NCBI GenBank assembly: GCA_949289845.1
Contig: CASEPN010000003.1
Coordinates: forward strand, 77,558-141,557
Direction of reading: 5' to 3'
Origin: an uncultured Bacillota bacterium
Lineage (GTDB): Bacteria; Bacillota_I; Bacilli_A; RFN20; CAG-826
DNA: 64,000 nt
Shown piece after piece: positions 9,816-20,279 of this stretch. The notes beneath the pieces were generated by a model. That model was not told the DNA's origin. It did no database searches and saw only the letters and a program-made list of their open reading frames with translations. Both the position numbers and the translations under genes were made by a program. The first letter of the stretch is position 1. Every line of letters starts with the position of its first letter.

Positions 9816-10684
9816 GCCCCGCTCTTCCCCTTGCTCCGGAGGTAGATTTCGTAGACGTCCCCTTTCTTCATGCCGAAGCGCTCCGCGACCGCCTTCGTCG
9901 CCTGGCCAGGGGACTGGTGGAGAAGCTCCTCCTGGAGCGCCTCTAGGATCGTTGGCTCGTCAGGGACAGGGAGAGCTTCTTCCTTCGCCCCCTCGACGAT
10001 GATGACCATCTCCCCCTTTAGGGTTTCCTCCTGGACGAGGTCGCTCAGCTCCTGGAGAGTGCCGCGGATGTATTCCTCATGGACCTTCGTGAGCTCCCTG
10101 GCGATGCAGGCATCTCTCTTCCCGAGGATCCTCGCCATCGCGGGGATCGTCTCCTGGATCCTGTGGGGCGCCTCGTAGAAGACGATCGTCGTGCGGAGGA
10201 GCTTGAGGGAACGGAGCTCCTTCTCCCTTTCCCTAGGCCTAGGGGGAAGGAAGCCGTAGAAGAAGAAGCGGTCGCTCATGAGCCCGGAGCCGACGAGGGC
10301 GGGCAGAAGCGCGGAAGGCCCGTTTACCACCGAAACCTTGATGCCGTGCTGGACGAGGTTACGGACGAGCCTTGCCCCCGGGTCGCTCAGGAGCGGATAT
10401 CCCGCGTCCGACATATAGGCGACTTTCTTCCCCTCCATGAGGAGGGCGATGATCTTCTCGGAAGCCTCCTCCTCGTTATGTTCGTGACAGGAGATGAATG
10501 GCTTCTTGATTCCGATTTTCTGAAGAAGGAGCGAGGAATTGCGGGTATCTTCTGCGGCGATGTAGTCCATTTCCTGGACGACCTCGCGAAAACGGTCGCT
10601 GATCTCCCCAAGGTTCCCGATGGGGGTCGCGATGAGGTAGAGGAGAGGTCCTCCGGAAAAGCTAGCGTCCCTCCTTAGGGCCAT
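9812..10684 (-). CDS. rsmI: 16S rRNA C1402 2'-O-methyltransferase
   Basis: LYLIATPIGNL, AAEDTR, SDAGYP, FYEAPHR, ARELTKVHEE. Start moved to ATG 10684, which follows SD GGAGGAGG. Confidence 0.93.
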   Translation of the reverse strand: MALRRDASFSGGPLLYLIATPIGNLGEISDRFREVVQEMDYIAAEDTRNSSLLLQKIGIKKPFISCHEHNEEEASEKIIALLMEGKKVAYMSDAGYPLLSDPGARLVRNLVQHGIKVSVVNGPSALLPALVGSGLMSDRFFFYGFLPPRPREREKELRSLKLLRTTIVFYEAPHRIQETIPAMARILGKRDACIARELTKVHEEYIRGTLQELSDLVQEETLKGEMVIIVEGAKEEALPVPDEPTILEALQEELLHQSPGQATKAVAERFGMKKGDVYEIYLRSKGKSGA

Positions 10685-11810
10685 TGCCTCCTCCGTTCTG
10701 GCCTCCGTGGCCATGGTGGCGATGACGGTGGCGCTTCCTTCCGTTCCCCTGTCCCTTCTGCCCCTGGGGAGCGTTCCCCTGGGCCTGCCGATCCTGCTGG
10801 CCTTGGGGCTTCTCAGGACGGGGCTTCCTGCCCTCTTGCCCTGGCTTTCCTTCCTTCCGGGTAGAACGTTCGTCCCTTGGCGCCTTCTCCTCGTTAAGGG
10901 AGACGGGGGAGGCGGGGTCGGAAAGGAGGTCCATTGGACGTTCCTTCGGCTTCCTTTCGACGGGCTTCGGGCCCTTTCCGGCGAGGTAGAGGAGCTCTTC
11001 GAGCGAGATGACGCGGCTTTCCTCCTTGGAGGTCACCTTCACGTTCCTGCTGATGACGTTATAGGAGTCCACGCGCCACTCCTTCCCCTCGAAGCGGTGC
11101 ACGCTCCCGACGCCGGGGAATTCCTTTCTGGCGTCCGTATAAAGCTGGTCTTCGAAGAGGAGGCAGCACATCAGCTTCCCGCATTGGCCGGAGATCTTCG
11201 CCGTGTTGAGGCTGAGTCCCTGGTTCTTCGCCCTGCTGATCGAGATGCCTTCGAACCGCCTCAGGAAGCGGGTGCAACAAAGGGGGAGACCGCATATGCC
11301 GATGCCTCCGATCATCTGGGCCTTGTCCCTAGGGGCTACAGAAAGGAGGGTCAGCTTCGCGCATTCAAGTCGTTCCCGGAGAATCGGGAGGAGCTCCCGG
11401 AAGTCAACGCGGGCGTCGCTCGTGAAATAGAGGGTGAGGTTCTTTCCCTCAAGGTCATAGGCTCCGTCGAGGAAACGCATCCCGAGGCCGAGGCGGTCGC
11501 TTTCTTCCTTCGCCACCTCGATGGCGAGGGCAGCTTCTTTCCTTCCGAGCTCTAGGTTCTTGATGTCATCCTCGTCCGCGCGCCTTACCAGGGGGCGGAT
11601 GCGGTCGGCTTCCTCGCCGTCGTACATCTTCCTCTCGAAAGGAAGGGACTCGACGATCCCGACGGTGAGGCCGTTATCGCCCTCGATGACGACGGCTTCC
11701 CCCTTGCGGAGATCATCGATAATCGTCGCGTAGTAGCGGGCCTTCATCGTATGGGGCGCCCGGACGGCGACGTACTTGATCGTGTCCAGAATCGTTTCCT
11801 GATCGTTCAT
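10662..11810 (-). CDS. yaaT: PSP1/YaaT (RicT) family Fe-S protein with a basic low-complexity tail
   Basis: RVDFREL, GGIGICGLPLCC, AKNQGLSLN, SGQCGKLMCCL; located after holB. Confidence 0.9.
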   Translation of the reverse strand: MNDQETILDTIKYVAVRAPHTMKARYYATIIDDLRKGEAVVIEGDNGLTVGIVESLPFERKMYDGEEADRIRPLVRRADEDDIKNLELGRKEAALAIEVAKEESDRLGLGMRFLDGAYDLEGKNLTLYFTSDARVDFRELLPILRERLECAKLTLLSVAPRDKAQMIGGIGICGLPLCCTRFLRRFEGISISRAKNQGLSLNTAKISGQCGKLMCCLLFEDQLYTDARKEFPGVGSVHRFEGKEWRVDSYNVISRNVKVTSKEESRVISLEELLYLAGKGPKPVERKPKERPMDLLSDPASPVSLNEEKAPRDERSTRKEGKPGQEGRKPRPEKPQGQQDRQAQGNAPQGQKGQGNGRKRHRHRHHGHGGQNGGGNGPKEGR

Positions 11811-12811
11811 TGGATGTCCTCCGCGAGAAGCCGGAGCACGTGCTCGAGAACGAGGGCCGGCTGGATGCCGACCTTGATCTCTCCCTCGCTCGTGAGCACG
11901 GTCTTGAGGTCCCTCCCGGGATTCCCAAGCCTTCGGAAGGCGGCACGCTCCGCCTCTCCGCCTTCTCCTGGCATGAGAGCGGACCTAAGCGCGCTGCCGA
12001 GGAAGCGCAGGAAGAGGCGCGCGTCCTCTTTGTCCTTGAGGGCAGGAACGACTTCTCGCTCAAGATTATAGACGATGTCGGCCTTCCTACCACGGAATGC
12101 CCGGAGGGCGGCCTCGTAGGCGCCCTTGACGGTCTTGAAAGATTTGCTCGCCGCTTTCTTCTTGACCCCTTCGGCGGAATTCTCGACGCTAGAGAGGAGG
12201 GCGGCGTCTTCCTCGTTCACGCCTAGTTCGACGGCTTCCTCGATGACCTCCGTCCTTGGGGACAGGAGGAAGCGGATCTCCTCGCATCGGGAGCGGATCG
12301 TCGGCAGGAGCTTTGAGGCGTTCTCCGTGGTGAGGATGCCGTATACGTTCGGCCCAGGCTCTTCCAGAAACTTGAGGATGGAGTTCACCGCGTTCGTGCC
12401 CATGTTCTCCACAAGGTGGATCACATAGACGAGGATGCCCTTCTTTTCGAGGGCGGTCTTGGAGAAGGAGGCGGCGAGGTCCTGGGCTTGCTCTTTCTTG
12501 ATGGAGCCTTGGGACCCGTCGATGAGGACGAAGTCCGCGTAGCCGAGCGCTTCTTCCTTCTTTTCTTTGGAAGGAGAGGAGAGAGGGACGCTGTTGGCGA
12601 CCCTCCGGCAGGTGAGGCAGGCCTCGTCCGCGAGGGGGTCGGGGTGGTCGCAAAGAAGGGACTTGGCAATGAACACCGCGACGTCCTTAAGCGGGATTCC
12701 GGGCTCTCCGGAGAGGAGGAAGGCATGGGGGATTCTTTCGTTCTCAAAGGAGGCCCTGATGAGCCTGAGGGCCATCCTCTGACGCCTTTCCAGATACTCG
12801 CGGACTTTCAT
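11807..12811 (-). CDS. holB: DNA polymerase III delta' subunit
   Basis: HAFLLSG, ACLTCRR, NSILKFLEEP, LPTIRSRC; follows tmk. Start taken as MKVREYL. Confidence 0.9.
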   Translation of the reverse strand: MKVREYLERRQRMALRLIRASFENERIPHAFLLSGEPGIPLKDVAVFIAKSLLCDHPDPLADEACLTCRRVANSVPLSSPSKEKKEEALGYADFVLIDGSQGSIKKEQAQDLAASFSKTALEKKGILVYVIHLVENMGTNAVNSILKFLEEPGPNVYGILTTENASKLLPTIRSRCEEIRFLLSPRTEVIEEAVELGVNEEDAALLSSVENSAEGVKKKAASKSFKTVKGAYEAALRAFRGRKADIVYNLEREVVPALKDKEDARLFLRFLGSALRSALMPGEGGEAERAAFRRLGNPGRDLKTVLTSEGEIKVGIQPALVLEHVLRLLAEDIQ

Positions 12812-12812
12812 A

Positions 12813-13427
12813 TCAAAGCAAAACGGACACCAAATCCCAGATTTCCTGAAACACTTGGTCCGGGGTGAGGTTGGCGTCGATGATCTTGATGCGCTCAGGG
12901 AACATGTCCTTGAGGGCAAGGAAGGACTCGCGGACCTTCTCGTGGAAGGAGATCCTCTCGAGGTCGAGGCGGTTCACCTCCCGGTTCTCGCTCTTCCGGA
13001 TGCGCCCGAGGCCAGTCTCGGGAGCGAGGTCGAAGTAGATGGTGAGGTCGGGCATGACCCCGTCCAAGGCGAACTGGTTGAGCAAGAGCACCTTGTCGAT
13101 CCCAAGGCCCCTTGCCCCGCCTTGGTAGGCGAGGGAGCTATCGACGTAGCGGTCCGATATGACGATAGCCCCTTCTTCGAGGGCAGGCTCGATCCTCTCC
13201 TTCACGTGCTGGCGGCGCGCGGCGGCGTATAGGAGGGCCTCCGTCCAGGGATCCATCCCCGTGTTCTCCTTGTCGAGGATGACGGAACGGATCTCCTCGC
13301 TTATCGGGGTGCCGCCCGGCTCCCTAGTGATGACGACTTTCTTTCCAAGGGAACGGAGCATTTTGCCGAGACGTTCAATCGCGGTGCTCTTACCGGATCC
13401 CTCGCCACCTTCGAAGGTGATGAACAT
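12813..13427 (-). CDS. tmk: Thymidylate kinase
   Basis: [33 protein letters not shown]. Confidence 0.96.
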   Translation of the reverse strand: MFITFEGGEGSGKSTAIERLGKMLRSLGKKVVITREPGGTPISEEIRSVILDKENTGMDPWTEALLYAAARRQHVKERIEPALEEGAIVISDRYVDSSLAYQGGARGLGIDKVLLLNQFALDGVMPDLTIYFDLAPETGLGRIRKSENREVNRLDLERISFHEKVRESFLALKDMFPERIKIIDANLTPDQVFQEIWDLVSVLL

Positions 13428-14032
13428 CAGAGCTTCCTCCTTCCCTCGAACGCCCGCCCCATGGTGAGGGTGTCGACGTATTCCAGGCTCGAGCCGAGGG
13501 AAAGCCCGTAGCCGAGCCTGGTCACCTCGACGCCCTTTCCCTTGAGGAGGTTGGCGATGTACATCGCCGTGGTCTCCCCGTCCAGGGTAGGCTCCGTCGC
13601 GAGGATGACCTCGCGGAAGCCTTCCTTCTCGACCCTCTCCACGAGCTCGTCGATCTTAAGGTCGTCCGGGTCCACTCCCTTCGATAGGGCGATCGATCCG
13701 CCGAGGACGTGGTATAGGCCATGGAAGGAGCCGCTTCCCTCGATCGGGTAGAAGTCCTTGGGGTCGCTGATTACGCATAGGGAGCCTTTGTCCCGGTCCT
13801 CTTCCTCGCAGATCGCGCAGTCCCCTTCCTTTTCCGTCATGAGGCCGCACCTGGGGCAGGGATGGACGGACTCCTTCGCCTTCAGGATGCTTTCGGAAAT
13901 CTCGCGGGCCTTCTCCTCGTCCATTTTGAGTATCGCGAAAGCCAGGCGCTCCGCCGACCTCGCGCCGATGCCGGGGAGGAGGGCGAGGGCGGCCTTGAGC
14001 CTTTCCAGCGCAGGAAGGTCCTTCCGTTCCAT
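13427..14032 (-). CDS. recR: Recombination mediator RecR
   Basis: [14 protein letters not shown]4 zinc finger, YHVLGG, TOPRIM region DGETTA. Confidence 0.95.
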   Translation of the reverse strand: MERKDLPALERLKAALALLPGIGARSAERLAFAILKMDEEKAREISESILKAKESVHPCPRCGLMTEKEGDCAICEEEDRDKGSLCVISDPKDFYPIEGSGSFHGLYHVLGGSIALSKGVDPDDLKIDELVERVEKEGFREVILATEPTLDGETTAMYIANLLKGKGVEVTRLGYGLSLGSSLEYVDTLTMGRAFEGRRKL

Positions 14033-14332
14033 CTAGAAGGGGAGTCCCGTCTTGCCGGCGACCTGCTCCTCGATCGCCTGCTCTTCCTTGTCGATGAGGC
14101 TAAATGCCTCGTTGATAGCGGCCTTGATGGAGTCCTCGACCATCTCGCGGTCCTCGGAGAGGGCCTCGGGGTCGATGTGGATCTCCTTGACCTCCTTGCT
14201 CCCGAGCACGACGACTTTCACGAGGCCGTTCTTGTCGACGGGGAACTCCTTCTTCATGAGCTCCGCGCGCATCTCGTTCAGCCTGCGCTGCATCCTCTGC
14301 GCTTCCTGGAGCATCCTCTGCATCTGATTCAT
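14033..14332 (-). CDS. ybaB: YbaB/EbfC nucleoid-associated protein
   Basis: QAQ-like N-terminus, GLVKVV...IDP, AAINEA; sits between dnaX and recR. Confidence 0.9.
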   Translation of the reverse strand: MNQMQRMLQEAQRMQRRLNEMRAELMKKEFPVDKNGLVKVVVLGSKEVKEIHIDPEALSEDREMVEDSIKAAINEAFSLIDKEEQAIEEQVAGKTGLPF

Positions 14333-14344
14333 ATGGTCTCCTTC

Positions 14345-16015
14345 CTAGTCCTTGGGGAGCGAGGGCGCCTCCTCGATCGAGGGGAGGATGCCCGCTACCT
14401 TCAGGGAGTTGAACTTCATGTATATGCCGCCCCTCACCTCCGGGCGGAGAGCGTAGAGGAACACCTCGTGGCCGAGGAGCTTCCCTACGAGCTTCCTTAG
14501 CTGCGCCTGGTTGCCCTTGATGTTGGCCTTCCTGGCGTCCGTGGGATGGTCGAACTGGACGAGGAGGCACTCGTCGCTCAGGGCGTACGGCTTTCCGTTG
14601 AGGAGGAGGGTCGCGAAGAGCCCGGCGTTCGGATCGTCCTGGATTTCCGCGAGAAGCTCCCATTTTCTCGAAAGCTCTGCCTTCTCCCGCTTGTTCGCCA
14701 TCGCGCGGTTCATGACCTTGATGAGGTCCTCCTCCGCGAGCTGGTACTCCTCTCCTTCGGTGAGGAGGGGGGCCGAGCCGAAGCCCTCGAGGTCGATCGG
14801 GCTTTCCCTGGGCGCTGGAGGGACTTCCGCCTTCGGGGCGGGAATCTCATGCCTTGGCTCTTCCTTGGGAAGGGGACCGGCCTTGAGGGTCTCCTCCTTC
14901 CGCTCCTCTTCCTTGGGCGAGGCGGCCTTCCTCGTGAGCCCTTCCCCGTCCGTCATCCTGAGAAGGGTGAGCTCGAAGAGGTTCCTCACGTCGTCGACGC
15001 GGGAATAGAGGGATTCCGCCTCGACGAGGGCGAGGATGGCCTCCTCCGCCTTATGGGGCCCGAAGGTGAGGAGGAGCCTCTTGCATTCCTCCTCCTCGAG
15101 CCTCCCGAGGAGCGAGGCGTCCTTCGTTTTCTCGTAGATGAGCGCGTCCCTGAGGATCTGGACGAGGTCCTTGCTGAGGCGCCTTAGGTCGATCCCCCCG
15201 GCGAGATAGCTCTCGCATCGCCCGATGACCTCGGAGGCGTTCCCCCCGGCGATGGCCATGAGGAGCGCGATCTTCTCCTCCTTGCTCGTGAGGCCGTAGA
15301 CGGAGAGGAGGTCGTGGATGTTGAGCGAGTTCCCGGAGTAGGCGAGCATCTGGTCGGCGATGGAGAGGCAGTCGCGCATGCCTCCGTCGGCGAGGTCGAT
15401 GACCGCGTCGATGGCCTCTCCCTCATAGCCGGCGCCTTCCTTGACGAGCACTTCCTCGAGCTTGCCCCTCATCTCCTCGTCGCTCAGCTTATGGAACTCA
15501 TAGCGCTGGCAGCGGGAGAGGATCGTCGGGAGCACCTTGTGGGGCTCGGTGGTGCAAAGGATGAAGATGACGTTCTCGGGCGGCTCCTCGAGCGTCTTGA
15601 GGAGGGCGTTGAACGCGGCGGCGGACATCATGTGCACCTCGTCGATGATGTACACCTTGTAGCGCGACTTGATGGGGGCGTAGCCGACGTGGTCGATGAG
15701 CTCCCTCACCTGGTCGACCCCGTTGTTGGAGGCGGCGTCGATCTCGATGACGTCGGGGTGGCCTCCCTCGGCGATGAGGCGGCAGTTCTCGCATTCGCCG
15801 CATTGCGAACCGACCCCCTTTTCGCAGTCCAGGGCCTTGGCGAAGAGCCTCGCCATCGAGGTCTTCCCTGTTCCGCGGGGTCCGCTGAAGAGATAGGCGT
15901 GGCCGATCTTGCCGCTGGAAAGCGACTTCTCGAGCGTCCTGACGACGGACTTCTGCCCCGCGACCTCGCCGAAGGTCTGGGGGCGGTACTTTAGATAGAG
16001 AGCGCGATAGGACAT
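14345..16015 (-). CDS. dnaX: DNA polymerase III gamma/tau
   Basis: ALYLKYRPQTF, GPRGTGKT, EIDAASNNGV, IDEVHM, LSRCQR. Confidence 0.96.
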   Translation of the reverse strand: MSYRALYLKYRPQTFGEVAGQKSVVRTLEKSLSSGKIGHAYLFSGPRGTGKTSMARLFAKALDCEKGVGSQCGECENCRLIAEGGHPDVIEIDAASNNGVDQVRELIDHVGYAPIKSRYKVYIIDEVHMMSAAAFNALLKTLEEPPENVIFILCTTEPHKVLPTILSRCQRYEFHKLSDEEMRGKLEEVLVKEGAGYEGEAIDAVIDLADGGMRDCLSIADQMLAYSGNSLNIHDLLSVYGLTSKEEKIALLMAIAGGNASEVIGRCESYLAGGIDLRRLSKDLVQILRDALIYEKTKDASLLGRLEEEECKRLLLTFGPHKAEEAILALVEAESLYSRVDDVRNLFELTLLRMTDGEGLTRKAASPKEEERKEETLKAGPLPKEEPRHEIPAPKAEVPPAPRESPIDLEGFGSAPLLTEGEEYQLAEEDLIKVMNRAMANKREKAELSRKWELLAEIQDDPNAGLFATLLLNGKPYALSDECLLVQFDHPTDARKANIKGNQAQLRKLVGKLLGHEVFLYALRPEVRGGIYMKFNSLKVAGILPSIEEAPSLPKD

Positions 16016-16022
16016 TGCCTGA

Positions 16023-16081
16023 ATTATAGATTCGGAAGGCGCTCCTCACTAGTGAGGAAGCCTTGCCGGCGATGGTATACT
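16023..16081. promoter_or_regulatory. Back-to-back leaderless-type promoters of dnaX and prfA with a central palindrome
   Basis: Minus-strand TATAAT (16028-16023) lies 7 nt before the dnaX ATG. Plus-strand TG-G-TATACT (16073-16081) lies 9 nt before the prfA ATG. Palindrome TCCTCACTAGTGAGGA at 16043-16058. Confidence 0.65.
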
Positions 16082-16090
16082 CGCGACGCT

Positions 16091-17188
16091 ATGGAAGAGA
16101 GCATGCGCAAGCGGCTGGAGGCCGTGACACTTCGCTACGAGGAAATCGAAAGGGAGCTGGAGGACCCGGCCCTGTCGGAGGACATCCACCGCCTCACCGC
16201 CCTTTCCAAGGAGCAGAGCGGGCTGAGGAATGCCTACGAGAAGTACGCCCGCTATCGGAAGATGGAAGAGGAGCATAAGGAGGCCATGGAGGCCATTCTT
16301 TCCGGGGAAGAAGAGCTCGCCGAGCTCATGAAGGCCGAGCGGAAGCGCCTCGAGGAGGAGATGTCCGCCCTGGAGGCGGAGCTGAGGACCGACCTCCTCC
16401 CCGTCGACCCGAACGATTCGAAGAACATCATCGTTGAGATTCGCGGGGCGGTAGGAGGGGACGAGGCGAATCTCTTTGCCGGGGACCTCTTCCGGATGTA
16501 CTCGCGCTATGCCGAGCGCCAGGGATGGAAGATCCAGATCCTTGACGTGGAGGAAGGTGCGGCAGGCGGATATTCCCGCATTTCCTTCATGGTCAAAGGG
16601 GAAAACGTATATTCGAAGCTTAAGTTCGAAAGCGGCGCCCACCGCGTCCAGAGGGTTCCTAAGACCGAGGCCCAGGGAAGGATCCATACCTCCACGGCGA
16701 CCGTCCTCGTGATGCCGGAGGCCGAGGAGGTCGACGTCGAGATCAACCCGAGCGACCTCAAGATCGACACCTATCGGAGCCAGGGGGCCGGCGGCCAGAA
16801 CGTCAACAAGACAGAGTCGGCGGTCCGCATCACCCATATCCCGACGGGGCTCGTCGTCTCCTGCCAGACGGAGAAGGCCCAGCTCCAGAACAAGGAGATC
16901 TGCATGCGGATGATCCGCGCGAAGGTCCATGACTTCTACCAGTCCCAGCAGGACGAGGCCAGGGCCACCGAGAGGAAGCTCAAGGTCGGGACCGGCGAGC
17001 GGAGCGAGAAGATCCGCACCTACAACTATCCGCAGAACCGCGTGACTGATCACCGCATCGGCTTCACCATCAACCAGCTGGACCGCGTGATGGAAGGGGA
17101 GCTCGACCCCGTGATCGAGGCGCTCGTCCACTTCGACCAGGAACAGAAGATCCTCGAAGCGGAGGCCGCCGATGCCGACCATCGGTGA
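16091..17188 (+). CDS. prfA: Peptide chain release factor 1
   Basis: GAHRVQRVPKTE (PxT), GAGGQNVNKT, RTYNYPQNR. Confidence 0.96.
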   Translation: MEESMRKRLEAVTLRYEEIERELEDPALSEDIHRLTALSKEQSGLRNAYEKYARYRKMEEEHKEAMEAILSGEEELAELMKAERKRLEEEMSALEAELRTDLLPVDPNDSKNIIVEIRGAVGGDEANLFAGDLFRMYSRYAERQGWKIQILDVEEGAAGGYSRISFMVKGENVYSKLKFESGAHRVQRVPKTEAQGRIHTSTATVLVMPEAEEVDVEINPSDLKIDTYRSQGAGGQNVNKTESAVRITHIPTGLVVSCQTEKAQLQNKEICMRMIRAKVHDFYQSQQDEARATERKLKVGTGERSEKIRTYNYPQNRVTDHRIGFTINQLDRVMEGELDPVIEALVHFDQEQKILEAEAADADHR

Positions 17189-18017
17189 GGAAATCTCCCG
17201 CGCCCTTTCCATCGGGAAGGCGAGGGGCGTCCTCGCGGTCGACCTCCGGCTCCTGATCCGCGCCAACGAAGGCTTCAAGGACCAGATGGACGTCTTTCTT
17301 CATCGGGAAGACGAGATGAAGGAAGTCGCGCTTTTCCGTGCCCAGGTGGAGCGTCTCCTGGCAGGAGAGCCAGTGGAGCTGATCCTCGGGGAGGCGGGGT
17401 TCCTCGGCCACCGCCTGAAGGTGACGAGGGACACCCTCATCCCGAGAGGGGAGACTGAGGAGCTGGTCGCCCATATCAGCCAGATCGTTCCGCTTCGGTG
17501 GGACGCGCGGAACTTTTTGGTCTGCTGCGACATCGGGACCGGGACGGGGGCGATCGCGATCGCCTTGAAGTCGCAGTTCCCGAACTGGATCGTCTCGGGG
17601 ACGGACATCAGCAATCCTGCCTTGGAGGTAGCCAGGGAGAACATCGAAAGAGAGGGGCTTCCCATCCGTCTCTTCCATGGCGACGCCCTCGAGCCGCTCA
17701 TCCGGGAGAACATGGTCGCGGACATCATCGTCTCGAATCCCCCGTATGTCCTTTCCCCGGAAGAGGCGCAGCCGAGCGTCCGCGACTACGAGCCGTCCTC
17801 TGCCCTTTACTTCGACCCCGAGGATAACCTCTACGAGAAGGTCATGCGTGACGTCCGGAAGGTGAAGAAAGGCCCGCTTCTTCTTGCCTTCGAGATCGAC
17901 CCCGGGCTCAAGGACTACCTGGACGGCCTCATGTCCCGCTACATGAGCGATTACGAGAGCACGTACAGGGAGGACCTCAACGGGTTCCTTCGTTTCCTGT
18001 TCATCTACATGAGGTAG
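17172..18017 (+). CDS. prmC: Release factor glutamine methyltransferase
   Basis: LIPRGETEEL, DIGTGTGAI, SNPPY; follows prfA. Confidence 0.93.
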   Translation: MPTIGEEISRALSIGKARGVLAVDLRLLIRANEGFKDQMDVFLHREDEMKEVALFRAQVERLLAGEPVELILGEAGFLGHRLKVTRDTLIPRGETEELVAHISQIVPLRWDARNFLVCCDIGTGTGAIAIALKSQFPNWIVSGTDISNPALEVARENIEREGLPIRLFHGDALEPLIRENMVADIIVSNPPYVLSPEEAQPSVRDYEPSSALYFDPEDNLYEKVMRDVRKVKKGPLLLAFEIDPGLKDYLDGLMSRYMSDYESTYREDLNGFLRFLFIYMR

Positions 18018-18022
18018 CCGAG

Positions 18023-18637
18023 ATGAAACTTTTTGCTTCTGGGGACAGGGAGGGGGCTGCAAAAGCCCTGCGTGAGGGAGGCGTCCTCGTCTTCCCGACG
18101 GAGACGGTCTTCGGAATCGGGGTCAGGCACGATTCGGAGGAGGCGTATTTCCGCCTTATCGAGGCGAAGAGAAGGAGCCCGGAGAAGCCGATCTCCCTCA
18201 TGTGTTCGTCCGTTGAGGAGGCGCTATCGCTCGTCGAGCGCGATCCAAGGGTCGAGGCGGTCATGCGAAGGTTCCTCCCGGGGGAGCTCACTGTCCTTGC
18301 AAAGGGGAGAGCCGGTCTTCCATGGTGGAACGACCTGCGGACGGGCGTCGTCGGAATCCGGGTGCCCGGCTCTTCGGAAACTAGGGAAATCCTCGGCCTC
18401 GTGGGAGTCCCTTGTCTCGTGACCTCGGCGAACATCTCGAGCGAGCCTCCGGCGAGGACGATGGAAGAGGCCTTGAAGTATTTCTCTGGTACGGTCGACG
18501 GGGTCATGGACGGCTCGGTCGTTAGCGGGACCCCCTCCACGATCGTGGATTTGTCGAAGAGAGAGCCTTCCCTGGTCAGGCAGGGCGCCTTGCCCTTCTC
18601 GGATATACTCAGTTTCATCAAGGAGGAGAAGCTATGA
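18023..18637 (+). CDS. tsaC: L-threonylcarbamoyladenylate synthase (single YrdC domain)
   Basis: FPTETVFG, AKRR..KP, TSANIS, PSTIVD. Confidence 0.9.
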   Translation: MKLFASGDREGAAKALREGGVLVFPTETVFGIGVRHDSEEAYFRLIEAKRRSPEKPISLMCSSVEEALSLVERDPRVEAVMRRFLPGELTVLAKGRAGLPWWNDLRTGVVGIRVPGSSETREILGLVGVPCLVTSANISSEPPARTMEEALKYFSGTVDGVMDGSVVSGTPSTIVDLSKREPSLVRQGALPFSDILSFIKEEKL

Positions 18638-19080
18638 GAATCGCTCTTGCCGCTGATCACGCCGGATACGCCCTCAAGGAGACGATCCGCAAGCACCTTC
18701 TCTCAAAGGGATACGAAATTTACGATTTTGGAACTGATTCTGCTGAGATTTCTGTGGATTATCCCGTATATTCGGAGAAGGCTGCCAAGGCGGTTTCCTC
18801 TGGAGAATGCGCTTTCGGGGTTCTCTGCTGCGGGACGGGCGAGGGAATCATGATGGCCGCCAACAAGGTCAAGGGCGTACGCTGCGGACTCGGATACGAC
18901 CTCGAGGTAAGCCGTCTCATACGCAGGCATAACGACGCGAACATGATTTCCTTCGGGGCGAGGTTCATGGACGAGCGGGACGTGCTCATGAGGCTCGACG
19001 CCTTTCTCACCACTCCTTTCGAAGGGGGCCGCCATAAGAAAAGGGTTGATGAGATTTCCGCTCTAGAAGAACGCGAGTAG
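18634..19080 (+). CDS. rpiB: Ribose-5-phosphate isomerase B
   Basis: ADHAG, DYP, CGTGEG, HNDAN, FEGGRH. Confidence 0.93.
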   Translation: MRIALAADHAGYALKETIRKHLLSKGYEIYDFGTDSAEISVDYPVYSEKAAKAVSSGECAFGVLCCGTGEGIMMAANKVKGVRCGLGYDLEVSRLIRRHNDANMISFGARFMDERDVLMRLDAFLTTPFEGGRHKKRVDEISALEERE

Positions 19081-19115
19081 GGCAAATTGGGTTATCCAGA
19101 CCCTATAAGGAGGGC

Positions 19116-20279
19116 GTGGCCCCATATGTTTGCCCCCGGTGCGGGAACGAGGACGAATCTTTCCTTGGGATAGATAAGCAAGGGAAGACCTATTGCAGGA
19201 GGTGCCTTTCCTTTAACGGAAACTCCGCGAATCCGAACATCCATCGCTCTTTGGACGTTGGGCTCTCCCTTTCCTATGAGCTTTCCGATGACCAGAAACG
19301 ATTATCCAGGCGCTTGGTTGAAAACTTCCTCGCAGGGAGAGACAGCCTGGTGCACGCCGTATGCGGGGCGGGGAAGACAGAGATTGTCCTCGGTGTCTTC
19401 GAGCTTGCGCTGAAGCGAGGCCTCCAGTGCGGGTTCGCCGTGCCAAGAAGAGACGTCGCCATAGAGCTTCACGGACGCCTCGCCTCAGCCTTCCCTGGCA
19501 TTCGCTGCACGCTTGTCCATGGGGGGAGGACGAAGGAGCTGACAGGGGACCTCATTGTCCTCACGACGCATCAGCTATATCGCTACGAGCGTTATTTCGA
19601 CCTTCTCGTGGCTGACGAGATCGATGCATTCCCTTACCGGGGCGACTTCGTCCTTGAGTCCTTTCTCCGTCGTTCGGTCAGGGGAGGAGTCGTCTTCATG
19701 AGCGCCACCCCGCCTCCTGAGGTCGTCCAGGCGTTTTCAAGGGAGGGAAGGGATATCCTGCGACTGGACACCAGGTTCCACGGACATCCGATTCCCGTGC
19801 CCCGGTTCGTGGAGTCGCTTTCCATTGTTCAGCCCTTCCACGCCGCGTTCCTAGCGCGCAGCTTCCTAGCAAAGGGGAAGCGAGCGTTCCTATTCGCCCC
19901 CACTATCTGGGAGTGCGAGAGATGCTACCGCCTGATATCGCCCTTCCTTCGTGGAGGGGCCTACGTCCATAGCGAGCACCCCGATCGGGCGAGGGTCATC
20001 CACGACTTCCGGGAAGGAAAGCTTCGCTATTTGGTGACCACATCCGTCTTGGAGCGCGGCGTGACCGTCAAGGGCCTCCAGGCAATCATCCTCCACGCGG
20101 ACCAGGAGGCGATCTACGACAAGGCGACGCTTGTCCAGATATCCGGGAGGGTGGGGCGGAAGAAGGACGACCCGGAGGGGGAGGTGATCTTCCTTGCGGA
20201 GCGGAACACGGTCGCGATGAGGGAGGCTGCCGATGAAATCAGGAAGTCCAACGAGGCGCTGTCTCGTCTGCGGGGCTGA
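19116..20279 (+). CDS. comFA: Competence DEAD-box helicase ComFA
   Basis: CPRC...YCRRC zinc finger, AVCGAGKTE, PRRDV, DEIDAFPY, TTSVLERGVT, QISGRVGR. Confidence 0.88.
   Translation: MAPYVCPRCGNEDESFLGIDKQGKTYCRRCLSFNGNSANPNIHRSLDVGLSLSYELSDDQKRLSRRLVENFLAGRDSLVHAVCGAGKTEIVLGVFELALKRGLQCGFAVPRRDVAIELHGRLASAFPGIRCTLVHGGRTKELTGDLIVLTTHQLYRYERYFDLLVADEIDAFPYRGDFVLESFLRRSVRGGVVFMSATPPPEVVQAFSREGRDILRLDTRFHGHPIPVPRFVESLSIVQPFHAAFLARSFLAKGKRAFLFAPTIWECERCYRLISPFLRGGAYVHSEHPDRARVIHDFREGKLRYLVTTSVLERGVTVKGLQAIILHADQEAIYDKATLVQISGRVGRKKDDPEGEVIFLAERNTVAMREAADEIRKSNEALSRLRG

Noticed and set aside
14345-16015. dnaX programmed -1 frameshift
   Set aside because: No A-AAA-AAG or poly-A slippery site was seen on the coding strand.
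19092-19100. DnaA-box-like TTATCCAGA before comFA
   Set aside because: A single one-mismatch copy is compatible with chance.
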